Assembly (NCBI RefSeq): GCF_964188315.1
Contig: NC_135660.1
Location: 46,748,001-46,812,000 of the forward strand
Origin: Podarcis muralis
Lineage: Eukaryota
DNA: 64,000 bases
Direction of reading: 5' to 3'
Made by a program: the position numbers and the translations under genes
Shown: positions 40,223 through 52,572 of the stretch, piece by piece
How the letters are laid out: every line of letters starts with the position of its first letter
Position numbering within the stretch: the first letter of the stretch is position 1
The notes under the pieces: model-generated
Database searches by the model: none
What the model saw: only the letters and a program-made list of their open reading frames with translations
What the model was told of the DNA's origin: nothing

Positions 40223-43047
40223 TCTCAGCCAGATGATTTTTCCCAGATGGACTGTTGTACTGTCATTTTGATTGGCAAGTTCTACATCAGCCTCCAGCAG
40301 ATGCCCATAGGGATGAAAAGGTCTGAATTGCTGATAAATACTATGCTGGACTCCACACTATCTTGGTTGGCTTCTTCTACCTGAATACACACATCAAAGC
40401 CCAGTCCATCAAAAGGGTTCGATGTTTTAAAAGGTACTCAGTCATAGATTTACTCATGTAGCCAGCACCTGCAAATAAGACTGTGCTTTTTCAAATGAGC
40501 CTGCCTGTCCATATTAACCTAAATTAGTCACTTGTTGCATACTGATGGTCTAAGGGGCAGGGGTGGGGGTCAATTTCTTTTTAAAAAAAGAATTTTTCCA
40601 GTTTTCAAAAGCTTTCCTGATTCTTGCTTAGGGACTATTTTTAAATAACTGAGAATGACAGACAAATGAGTATTTGCAAGTCTCTTTGTCAGGGTTTTTC
40701 ATTTGCTTCTGTGGGATGCTTCTCACATAACAGCAGCCTCCATGCAATCACATGGGGAGCATCATTGTGTGAACTAGGGATGCTTGTTTGCATCATGTCA
40801 ACTGTTTCCTCAACCCCATCAGTGACAGCCAATAACATGAACTGGGGGCAGGGAAACACATGTGTTGGAGAGCAAGGGATAAGTAACCTTCCACAATGCA
40901 GGAGTGAAAATGAACTTTCCATTTGCACCTGCAGTTTGTTCTTGGGTGTAATGTGTAGCTCTACCCCTGAGATAAATATAAATCAAAATAGTTTTTTTCA
41001 ATATAGTCATTTCTAATACATTGCAAATAGTTAGCATCAATAAGTATCATGGATCCTGTAAGTATTCTTTATCCCAATGTCACAATTTCTAGCCTCGCGA
41101 AGCAGGGTCATACGAAGTCGACCCCCACCCCCAACACAATCACTCCATTGGCCTCACATTCACTTCTGCATGTCATCCTCCATGTCTCAATGGATTCATG
41201 ACTTCCTTGCACTGACCTCATGTCCATTTGCTTTCCCATCCATCTCTCTGTCTCTTCCCATTTACAGAATGCTCCTCCACTCACCGCATGAAAGATGACA
41301 TTCAAGGTTTGTCATTTTTATAGCACTGAACCATCTGGACCACAAACTGTCTCCCCTCCCTGAATCCCTAAGCAAATGACTTCTTTTCTTGCTTACACAA
41401 TCTGGCCTTATGGTTACTTTATCTTTTTCCCAAAGACTGAATCTTCCCATGAAAATTTCTGGAATAATCCGTTAACCACAAATTGTCTGAAAGTTCACAT
41501 ATAAAGAAAAATTGTGTTTCAAATGGGACATTTCAGTGAAGAAGAGACCTCTAGCCAGTTCTTAATAATAACTATAGGTGAAATTCATATAATAGGTTGA
41601 AGTTAAAATCTCAGGGCACTATGTGGAATGGACTGTTACTTTTCTTCTTTTTTTATGAAGATATTGATTTCTACTGGAACTTGAAAACAATTTTCCAGTG
41701 AATATTACACACATCCACACCATTTAAATAAATATTTTCAGGAGGGGGGAGGAACCCAGCAATAATATGACAATAGCTTCCATAACAGTAGTATTTTTCA
41801 GATTTCTCTACAGAAGCTTTGAGATGAACATGTATTCATAAACCAAAGTGCCAAAGGGATAATTAAATGAGGGCAATGGCTGGGTCAAAAGGCAGTTAAA
41901 CTATACGGCTTGATATTTTAAAAAAAAATAGCTTTGATCTTACCATCTAGAGTATTACTAAGAAGTACCAAATGCTCTGAAGATACCTCTTATTCACTCT
42001 AAGAGTGCGGGGAATCTGATTTTAACAACTTCGAAGTAAGTTTATCCATTTAAAGTTCTGCCCTTCTGGCTTGCCAAAGGGGCTTTCCAAGCTAGCTATG
42101 TTCATCGCAAGAGCTTCTGAAAGACCCAATACAATTTATAGCAGGGATATAAGCAACTTAAAGAAATCTTAGCTTGAATAATGGTATGGATTTTAATTGC
42201 TTAATTTATAGGTTAGATTTATCAATAAAGTCAGAGGGGGAAAGTACATAGGAACAAACCATAATTTTAAAGGGACAGATGTTGTGTAGAGGATGACAAT
42301 ATGTCAGGTTCGATCATAGAAGAGATATACCTTCCTGTGTGGGAGAAAAAGAGGGCGCCTTTCCTAAGGTGTCGCCACCCAGCCTTGTTTCTCTCCCATC
42401 TTAGTACTTGTGTTACAGTAGCTACAAGCTAGCATGGAACGCTTTTGTGATCATGACAATGAATTATTCAAAAGCTCTGCATATATTGTCAGTTCAGTTC
42501 TAGCCATGTTTACCAACCAGCAAGATTCAGTCTAGTGTAGTGAAAATGTGTCAAACTAGGGTTGGGGAGGGCTCAAATTCCCACTTAGCTATGTAGTTCA
42601 CTGGCGGCATTGGCTATCACAATCTCTCAGTCTAACCTATTTTACAGTGAGGTTGTGAAAACAAAATGGATGGATTCCACCCTGAATTCTTTGGAGGAAG
42701 AGCAATATTAAATACAATAATAATTCACTCAGATGTAAAGTGTTTTTGAGAGAATGGCCTACAAGTGTGCATGTGATCATCAGAGGGCATGAAGGAAAAT
42801 GGCTGTGGGACTTAATAAAATGAATATTGGTATAAAGAGAACTACACAAATGTACAATACAATTCAATACAATACTGGAGACTAAATGTTATATTCATTT
42901 TTAAGAATATTTAAAGACCTTACCACAAGACCTCAAAACCCACAAATCAAACTGATCAAATTACCCTGCCAATCTTCAAAAAGATCACCCAACACTGAAG
43001 AGGTGGCTTTCTGGGAGCTGTGTGATAAGAAATTGCTTGCCTCTTAC

Positions 43048-43121
43048 CAGTAGAATCTGTTTGGTGTTACGTTTTCCTGGAGTAGTAGCCATCTTCTTCC
43101 AAATTCCACTGAACTGTATAA
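43048..43121 (-). CDS. SORCS1: SORCS1 coding exon (74 bp, phase 0-2; ~human exon 5)
   Basis: LYSSVEFGRRWLLLQENVTPNRFY(TG|G). Acceptor (ttc)n ttttag, donor gtaaga. Confidence 0.95.
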
Positions 43122-44764
43122 CTAAAAAGAAGAAGAAGAAGAAGAAATCAAGAAAAAATGCAATCTATTATTCTTCTGCCAGTGACTTTGTTTAATTGTA
43201 CATTGACAGTATGACAATAAATGTTGAACAGAGAGAAAATTACACCTCATCAGGTTAGTTTTGTGAGCCGTCTTCTTTTATCAAGTTTCCTCTCCACTTC
43301 ATCAAGAGATCATACCACAGCTGAGGTTACTGTCACTCCTCAGTGGTTTCTCAGTTGTGACAGCTGATAATGACAGTACTGAATACTTTGCTGTCATAGC
43401 TGAGAAAACGCAGGCAGTGAGCGCAAGGCAAACAAAGGTGGAGATTAATCTCACTGAAGTGAATCCTAAACCTGTGAACTATATTAGACACTATTTATCC
43501 AGGGAATACCCTTGCTGTACTTGCTTCTGTTTTTGAGAATGGATTCTGGGCTATGGCAGAAAGTGAGCTCATTTAACATGTTCTCTCTTGTCACATCTGC
43601 TAAGTATGTAACCCAAAGAAAAGAAATCTCAACAAACGCTTCACCTGAAATGCAGAACGCAGAAGAGGTGGTAGGCAATGCTAACAAATGTATAATTACT
43701 GCACTCTAATTGATAGTGTTGTCACAATGGCAAATCTACAACTTTGTCAGCTTCATAGGTGAAAAGTCTGGAGATCCTGATCTTAGTTTGCATCTGGTAA
43801 AAGTGGCAGAAAATACAGGCTGGGAAGAAATACTTAAAACTTCTCATCATATTCAGTGCCTGGGAGAAACTAAGATGTTGCAAAAACATTTCCCTGAATA
43901 TTGACCCATAAATAATAGAGGGTATTTCATCTTTATAGTTGGATCAGGTTGACTGTAAACTACTATGGGGTTTCAGGGTTTTTTTGCTTCTCATTTGCTG
44001 GTTAGGAGATGAGAGGAAAATCTGATGCAATTAGGCAGGAAGGAGAAGAGACTTATTTATTTCTAGACATTACCCCGTAAAAACACACAATGAAAATAAG
44101 CTTGGCAGAGTAAAAGTGAAGTCTGGCAAACCAGCAGTGTTTGGGCACAGCCATGCCAACACCTAAAGTCCCTTTGACTTCCGTTTATTTAGTCAACTTA
44201 TTTTATCTAACTTTTAAATCAGATATCAAATACACAACAAAAAGGCAAGACAAAACAATATGCTGGAAATAAAACATGTAAAATATAGCAATGTTAAAAC
44301 AAGCAGAATGTAGCTCTGCTTGTCTATCACAAGCACCACCAAAAATAAAGCCACAAGATTGGTGGCTCCACAGGGGTGTGGAGATGATAGATTGAGATCT
44401 ACTGATTAGATTCGTAGATAATTTGCAATAATTTCTGATTGTCATTTGTTTAACAGTGCTTGTCTTTTGCACGTAGACCTAGTAGTGGGGTAGGAGAGCT
44501 AAAAATAATGCCAATATATTTCACATCTGGCAATCTATGTGCCCCTTTGAATTCAGATAGTACATGGGTTGACAAGTCTAAAAAACCTGGGAGAAAGGCA
44601 ATGTATTTAGCATTAACTCTGAAAGTGTATACTTGATTCTGGCCAAACTAAGACTTCTAGAGCAAAATATACATCAGGAGGCTCTCTCTCTCATATACCC
44701 TCCAATATACAGATAAAACATACAGTAGCAACAGATTCCTTCCCCTTCTTTGGAGTACTTGCTG

Positions 44765-44907
44765 NNNNNNNNNNNNNNNNNNNNNNNNNNNNNNNNNNNN
44801 NNNNNNNNNNNNNNNNNNNNNNNNNNNNNNNNNNNNNNNNNNNNNNNNNNNNNNNNNNNNNNNNNNNNNNNNNNNNNNNNNNNNNNNNNNNNNNNNNNNN
44901 NNNNNNN
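44765..44907. other. Assembly gap (N run)
   Basis: 143 N bases. Confidence 1.
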
Positions 44908-46423
44908 AGTGTAAGTAACATTGAGAAAGCAAAGGTTAGCAATGGACATGTTTCTAGACCTCAGCTTGGCCATAGGACTTGTCTGCCAATTTCCTTGTGA
45001 GATTTCGGTAGGAGAGTTACCAACAAACATGACATTGATCACAAAATATAAACGCCACTCAAGCTAGGCATTTTTAAGCCTATAACTCACATAAATGGAT
45101 TGACCATGAAACAAAATGTGGCATGTCAAATTATATCTAGTAAGTACTGAAGCATCACAAATATGGCTTGAACTAACAACCCAGGTAAATTAAATATAGT
45201 GTTCTCAATTGGGGGGCTGTGTCAAATGTTTGCTATGTGGGAAGTGCCATTATGGATTGGGAGAGAACAGGTGGACTGGAAGTAAGAAACAGTGATGTCA
45301 ATCAGGCTTTTGTTCCACCAAAATGGACACTGACATCTTTTTCCCTTCCCATTCCATTCTATTGCTGCTTGATAGGCAGAAGTGCTGCTTTTGTTGTTGT
45401 TGTTAGAAGCTTTTACTTAATACAACATATTTGCTCATGTAAATCCTTCCTCATCACACAATCTTTCCCCCCACCCAGAGCCTAAATATTGATAAATCCC
45501 CATTGTTGCATCAAACTGTATAATGTGCTTACCAGATGCTAAAAACACTTACAATTTGGTGGAAAATATTTTTTTGGCAGACAGCAACATTTTGATATCA
45601 CCATCAGTTTCTTTTCATTCTTGTCCAAGGACAGAAAATGAATTTCAGACCAAGCAGAAACTGAATAAAAAGTCAGGGTCATATCTCCCTGTTCCTTAGG
45701 GAATAGTCTTATTTCTTCCTTTTCTACTCTCTTTCCTATATTATGGAGAAACTTGTATTTCAGATAGACATATGGCCTGGATTCTCAGTGACTGTAAATT
45801 GTGTCCCCACTTGGCATGCGGCACACTCTGCTCTCCATGAGCACTATAGATGACTATTATTTAACATTTACTATTCATGAGCTGTACAGAATGAAGACAT
45901 GATGTGTTCTCTGCTGGGAAAGTTATTGATCAAAGGACACAATCCTCCACCACATTTTATATATAATGAATTGGGGGAGGGTGTGAATAGGATCTGTATA
46001 AGATCTTGCATAGCCCCCATTCATTTCCATGGGATTTATGCATGATTTATTGGCACACTGTACTCAAAGTAAGGTGGGGAAGGGGAGGTCTGAAAAAGAT
46101 GTACATTTTCTGTGCTCTGGATGAGTACAGAAGAAAAAAGTATAATGTACAGTCCAGTATAAATCTGGTCTATATGCCTATCTGCCTATATGCAACAGGT
46201 TACCTAGGTCAAGAAGCAATTATGGGTACAAAATTCCTCAAATAGGAAGGGGTAGGATGTGCTTTTTGGCTTTTAGTAAACATATAGCATTCTGGGTTGT
46301 CCTATTTACATGTTACTCTCAAGTAGGGCATAGCCATGTTGACTTTGGGAAGGGGTTGTGCTTTTATCCCTTGTCCACACCATTGGGTCTTCTCCGTGCA
46401 ACAAGAATGTGTGCACGCAGTTG

Positions 46424-48230
46424 TTTGTGGATCGAGGGCCCGACCCCCGCTATGTGAAATAAACACACAAGGACACGTGATGTAAGGTTAATGGGCAAGA
46501 AAAGGCCACAACTTTATTGATTACAGCAGTGAAAAGGTATTGGCTTAGGCATTGGATGACTATAGGAGGTGGGTTTATTCAACAGTAGGTGGAGCCTGTT
46601 GATGCCAATCCAACTATAGGCTCACCCCCTGATGTCACCGAGGGTCGTGCCATGGCCTCCCGCCAAGCAGGCATCGGACGGAATACACGACCGCCAGATT
46701 CCTTTAACGGAATAACCCACGGTAGATAGCATAGGCGATGGCCACACCTAGCCCTTGACACAGCACAACACATGAATCCAATGCCTAACCTACCCACCAA
46801 TACCACAAAAGTTGTGACGATTGCTACGAGGTAGGCGAAAAAACCAAAAAGCCTAATGCCAAATGGAAAAATTCCTACCAGGCCCCCCAGACAACCGGGG
46901 CGACCAACCTAAGGTCCATAGCAAGGCCAAAAAACCTAGACCCTGAGCTAAATGGGAGTGGAGGGTGGGTGACTCGCTGAGGGACGACGACGAATGAGGA
47001 GGAGGCGGAGCTGGCCCCGCAGCATTAAGCTGCTAAACACGCCCCCCGGAGACACCTGGTTGGCTGCCTCTGGTGGGCATGGGCGCCAGCCAGGTGAAGA
47101 GGGGCGGGGGCTAAGGCCCCCGGCCAGGAGGCGGAGCTCGGGCTCCCGCCCACAACCACTCCCCTCTCTTCCAGGGAGGAGAGTCTTTGTGGATCGAGGG
47201 CCCGACCCCCGCTATGTGAAATAAACACACAAGGACACGTGATGTAAGGTTAATGGGCAAGAAAAGGCCACAACTTTATTGATTACAGCAGTGAAAAGGT
47301 ATTGGCTTAGGCATTGGATGACTATAGGAGGTGGGTTTATTCAAGAGTAGGTGGAGCCTGTTGATGCCAATCCAACTATAGGCTCACCCCCTGATGTCAC
47401 CGAGGGTCGTGCCATGGCCTCCCGCCAAGCAGGCATCGGACGGAATACACGACCGCCAGATTCCTTTAACGGAATAACCCACGGTAGATAGCATAGGCAA
47501 TGGCCACACCTAGCCCTTGACACAGCACAACACATGAATCCAATGCCTAACCGCCACCCGAGCCGCAAAGGGGCTCGCCGCCAATACCCTCACAGCTGCA
47601 ACCAATCCCTAATGCTACTAATGACGCTGTCCAACCAGATGTCATTCCCAATGTCTGTTAGGTGAACTCCGTCATTCCGGTACAAGGCTTGGTCGCCAAT
47701 CCGGATACGGTCATGAGAGATGACTCAGCCATACCAAAAGTGCACCCAACGGGCTATTGCACGATTCAAGAGTTTCCTGGATTTTTCAATGGCCATACAG
47801 TTCTGCACACCGTGCCACACAACTCTCTTCAGGAAGGAGGACCAGAACACCGTTGTTTCGGGACACAAGGCAGCAATCTCATCCAAATCTCTTTTTATGT
47901 GCCACGACAAGTCCACACTTCTTCTGCTAACAAGGTCATTTCCCCCTAATTGAAGGATAAGGGTGTCAGGAGGGCCAAACGCGGCAACTCTCCCTCTCAG
48001 CAATGGCATAAGCAATGCCTCGTCTCGACGACGAATGAGGAGGAGGCGGAGCTGGCCCCGCAGCATTAAGCTGCTAAACACGGCCCCCGGAGACACCTGG
48101 TTGGCTGCCTCCGGTGGGCGTGGGCGCCAGCCAGGTGAAGAGGGGCGGGGGCTAAGGCCCCCGGCCAGGAGGCGGAGCTCGGGCTCCCGCCCACAACCAC
48201 TCCCCTCTCTTCCAGGGAGGAGAGTCTTTG
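46424..48230 (-). mobile_element. Ngaro-type tyrosine-recombinase retrotransposon (DIRS order), internally deleted
   Basis: Split direct repeats on the minus strand: A1 (48230-48026, truncated), SGNH fragment, B1 (47552-47186), A2 (47189-46791), B2 (46790-46424). B1/B2 differ at 2 of 367 bp and the shared A part at 3 of 205 bp (counted by eye). No TSD; TTTG core at each junction. Confidence 0.88.
47590..48025 (-). pseudogene. SGNH/GDSL hydrolase-domain ORF remnant of the Ngaro element
   Basis: ...FGPPDTLILQLGGNDLV (block III GxND)... one in-frame TGA at 47727-47725, then VISHDRIRIGDQALYRNDGVHLTDIGNDIWLDSVISSIRDWLQL* (block V DxxH). Block I (catalytic Ser) is deleted. Confidence 0.85.
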
Positions 48231-51200
48231 CAGAGAAATTCACATGCACAACCACTTACTTGCATGCTGAGGTTGCACAAGTTTTCATGGAGGCCTCACA
48301 TTCAAACAGGTGTTCATGCATCAAAATTTATCTGCAGACAACCACACACAACACACAGTTGTTGCAGTGAGAAAATCTGATAGTGGAGTTAAAGGCTAGA
48401 GATTCCACCTGTCTGGAATATTTCAGTTAAGTCAGTACCGTACTTAGGGCAGGACCATCCCAATGTTGTTAGATTCCAAACCCCATTGGTCATAGCCAGC
48501 ATGACCAATGCACAAAAATAATGGGAGTTGTAGTCCAGGAACATCTGGAGATTTGCACGTTCCCTACTCCTGATTCAGCCTAACTATCTAGAAGGAAGTT
48601 CATAGAAGTCAAGTTCCCCATTTCTTCCACCCTGTAAAGCCCCCTGCGCCCCTGCAAAGCTTATCCAGAGGGTATTGAGGGGTGTCTGTCTGATTCTGGG
48701 TGGTTCTGTCCTCCCACAGCGGTATTCCTGGGTACCATCCCACATTTTTAGGAGGGTCTCCTGGTTATCTGTAGAGGTTTTCTGGGGCAACCAGGTGGCT
48801 AATAGTGGGGGGAGTGAAGAAGAAATATCTGCCCATGAAATTCCTTCTGTACACATATCTAAGGATCCAAGAAATATTCTGTTATTACCTCCTCTTTCCT
48901 GACCTAATTGGCAGTTCTGCCAAACCAAACTTTGATACCTCCACAGCTGAAAGATTCATTAATGTATAAAATCAAATGAATGTAGGGGGAAATCCAAACA
49001 CTTAGAATAGTACCAAGAAATTTGTCACACAGCACAGAAGCTATCAATATCTTTCCCTAGCTACCTAGGAATTTATTTATTTATTTCTCATGGAAACCAC
49101 TGATAGTGATAAAACCTTCAGATATCCATCTAGAGGAGAAACAGTCATTTAAAATGTACTAAGATTAACATCCCGGCAATTAGTTTTCCTGTGGTGTCCC
49201 TTTACAATCATCATTAAACATGTTCAGGGAAAAGTATCTTCAATCAATGCTCTTTTCTCAAATGCTCCTCTTTTCTTAAATATAGTGGCAGTTTGATTCT
49301 TCTTTCTCAATGCATCTTCATCCTAAATGCTATGTATACAAGTACAAATTAAAAAGAACTTCATCAAGCACTACTTTTGCACCCAAATGTATATGAATCT
49401 CTGACTCGGGTATCAGCCCTAACATAAGCAACAGCAGCAGCCCCAAATACTCAAACTGCTGGGCTAGATCAGGTTATCTCATTTAACAGTGGTCAGTAAG
49501 AGAACCCTAGCAAATTGACAAGCATGATATACTGGAGATAACATCCTTTGTTGTTTATCCCCATTATTCAATACTGAAAACTAAACAAGAAGACTGCATT
49601 GTAAGCTGTCATGGTTCTTATACATTGATAGATCTGTCCATTGATAGATCTTTCCCCAAGGATAAGAACCAGTTTACATACTATACCTGCTGCCACATGG
49701 AAAATGCATAAAATAGCACACTCACAAGCATATTTAATCAGAAGTAAGTCCTACAGGGTTCAATGGATCCTACTCTCTAAGTAGGTGTAGGATTTCAACC
49801 TTAATCACTTAGCCACAGAAGGATTGTCATCAAAACAAAACAAAACATGGTGAGCCATGCAATGGCTAGACAAGTGGTGGGACCAATTTTCTCCAGATCA
49901 ACAGAAATGATTTGTAGTAGCATAGAGCCAATTTTGTGGTAGTGGTTAGCCATTGAACATGGCAGACATCTTATCACATGGAGCAGCTTTTCTACAGAGA
50001 AGTCATTTCCAACTTAGCATCCTCTAGATGTAATGGACCACAATTTTTGATGGATGATTGGACCATCATACTTCCATTTACTATATAGTGACCTTTCCCA
50101 ACCCAGTCCCAGGGCCACAATTCTTGTCAGCCCTAGTCAGCATGGAACATCTGGAAGGCAAAGGGTTGGGAAAGGCTACTGTAGAGTAAATGGAAAAAGC
50201 CGCCAAGGGGCTATTACCAGGTCGGGCAGAAAGCTTTTGAAAAGGTACTGGTAGCTCTATCATGAGGCCAAATGAGGCATTTGCCTCAGGCAGCATGTGA
50301 AGAGGGTGGCAAATTTGTTGCTTTGCTTGTTTGCCTTCCTGTCCCCTTCAACCACCCAGCTAGTGCCATCCACCTAGGTGTTTTGTTTTGTTTTTTAATT
50401 TTTAAAAATATTTTGTTGGAAGCTGCCCAGAGTGGCTGGGGAAACCCAGCCAGATGGGTGGGGTATAAATAATAAATTAATTTTTGAAAATTAAGTAGAA
50501 GTATATGGCTCTCTGGAATCATTTCCTGCTCTCCAGTATGAGCCTCACTTGCTCATCCCTTCTTGTTAAATGCTTTGCTACTGCTACCAAGACAACAATG
50601 CTGGCCCTGTCTCAGTCTCAGTCTCTCCTTCCCCACTACCTCACTCAGTGCTGGGAGATCCTTCAGAGCAAAGCATTATGGGTAAGGTGGCCCAGAAAAT
50701 TGCCTGCACTGTCAGTTTTCTCACCATGGTTAGAAATCCTTTTTAAAAATTAGTTAAAAACTTGAAAGTTACTAAAGTAACTTTTGACAAGTTTTTGTAA
50801 TAATGAAAAAAAGAATAGTTAGCCACTTCCTGGCCATCTTGTCCAGAATGCCTGCCCTTCCTCATAGTGTAAAAAGGGGGAGGGGGCAGATGCTGAGATA
50901 TGGCCAGCACTGCCTCTGTGTCAGCAACAGCAACACAGTTAAGTGGTGAGCCATGGAGAGAGGACAAAGAAGGGGCAGAGATGCCCGCCTCAGGTAGCAC
51001 AATGCCTCATGTAACCACTGGACCACATTCCAAAGGATCCATCCACCAGTTACTCAGAATGATGAAAGATAATGTTCTGGGCCAGCTAGAATCAAGCTCT
51101 GCAGCAACTCCATTAAAATATATATGTTTCCCTTGTTCTATAAGTAAATGTCCTCCAGAATTAAACGACTATATTTCTGACATTTTTTATTTCAGTTTTT

Positions 51201-52062
51201 CCTTTGGAATCTTGATAGACTGTTTTAGACTGTTAGAGCCATCAGACTGTCTGCCACGGTATCATCTGTTTGTTTGTCTGCCCCCCCCCCCCCCCGTTTA
51301 TTAGGAGTTGTTCTTCTATTCCCTACCGCTATCTAGTTTATTTTTTTCATTTATTTTAATATGTGTCCCAAAACATAATGTTTAGTGAGGTGTGTTAAGA
51401 AAACGACTGATGGATGCACTCTGAGGGCACGCTTTATGACCTAGTTTGTACACTATAGTTTATGGGCAAATTAAAAGAAAAATGCATTCTATCAGTTGTA
51501 CCTATTGCAGAAACTCATAAATGAAGGGCAAGGCAGCAAAAGACAAGGTATACATATATTTCTCACGGTTCGGTCTCAAGAAAAACAACAACACCTCACC
51601 AAGCTCTAAGACTATGTTTGCCGACTGTAAACTTAGTGACACAGAGGCAATTTCTCAGATGAAATCATTTCCCCATCAAAGACTAGCAATGGGGAGACCA
51701 TCTGGATCCAATACAAAATTAATAATAAAAAAGTGATTAATTGTGCAATAACAACAGCCAGATGGTTAGAATTAGTTGCAATTTCCAGGCCGGGTGGGGT
51801 GGGGTGGGGACCTTCTTCAGACCATTCTCACTGCTGGGCAACCTCCCAGGGGGAACAGGCCAGCTGGGATGGGGGGGGGGGAATCTATTCTGTTCACATT
51901 TAAAGCCAAATTTACCAAATTTGCACTTTCCATAACAATATGAGAACTGAAAAATAATAGCCATCCATCAAAATCTGCACTTGTCTGTGATGCATATCAG
52001 GGGGACATGCACATGAAAATGAATCAATTAGTGAAAAGAAACAATGCATTATATTAAGGGAA

Positions 52063-52572
52063 ATTAGAATCATAGAGTTGGAAGGGGTTCTGGGGGACAT
52101 TTAGTCCAACCTCCTGCAATGCTGGAATCTCAACTAGATCATACAAGACTAATGGCCATACAGTCTCTGCTTAAAAACCTCTAATGAAGGAGAGTCCACC
52201 ACCTGTCATGGGAGTCAGTTCCACTCTCAAACAACTCTTATTGTCAAAAAGTTCTTCCTGGTGTTTAATCAGAATCTCCTTTTGTGTAAGTGAACTCATT
52301 GGTTTGGGTCCTCCCTGCTTGAGCAAGAGAAAACAAGCTTGCTCCATGTGACAGCCCTTTAGATATGTGAAGATGGCTATCATATCTCCTCTCAGTCTCC
52401 TCTTTTCCAGGCTAAACATACTCAACTCCCTCAACCTTTCCTCATAAGGCTTGGTTTCCAGACACTTTTGGCATCTTGGTTGCCCTCCTTTGCACATGTT
52501 CCAGCTTGTCAATGTTCTTCTTAAATTGTGGTGCCCAGAACTGGACACAGTACTCCAGGTATAGTCTGACAG
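52063..52572 (-). mobile_element. CR1 LINE 3' fragment
   Basis: [38 protein letters not shown] and the CR1 3' tail (ctctatgattcta). Confidence 0.92.

Noticed and set aside
49620-49660. Small 11-16 bp tandem duplications (also near 1495, 20830, 22830)
   Set aside because: Ordinary slippage products with no further structure.
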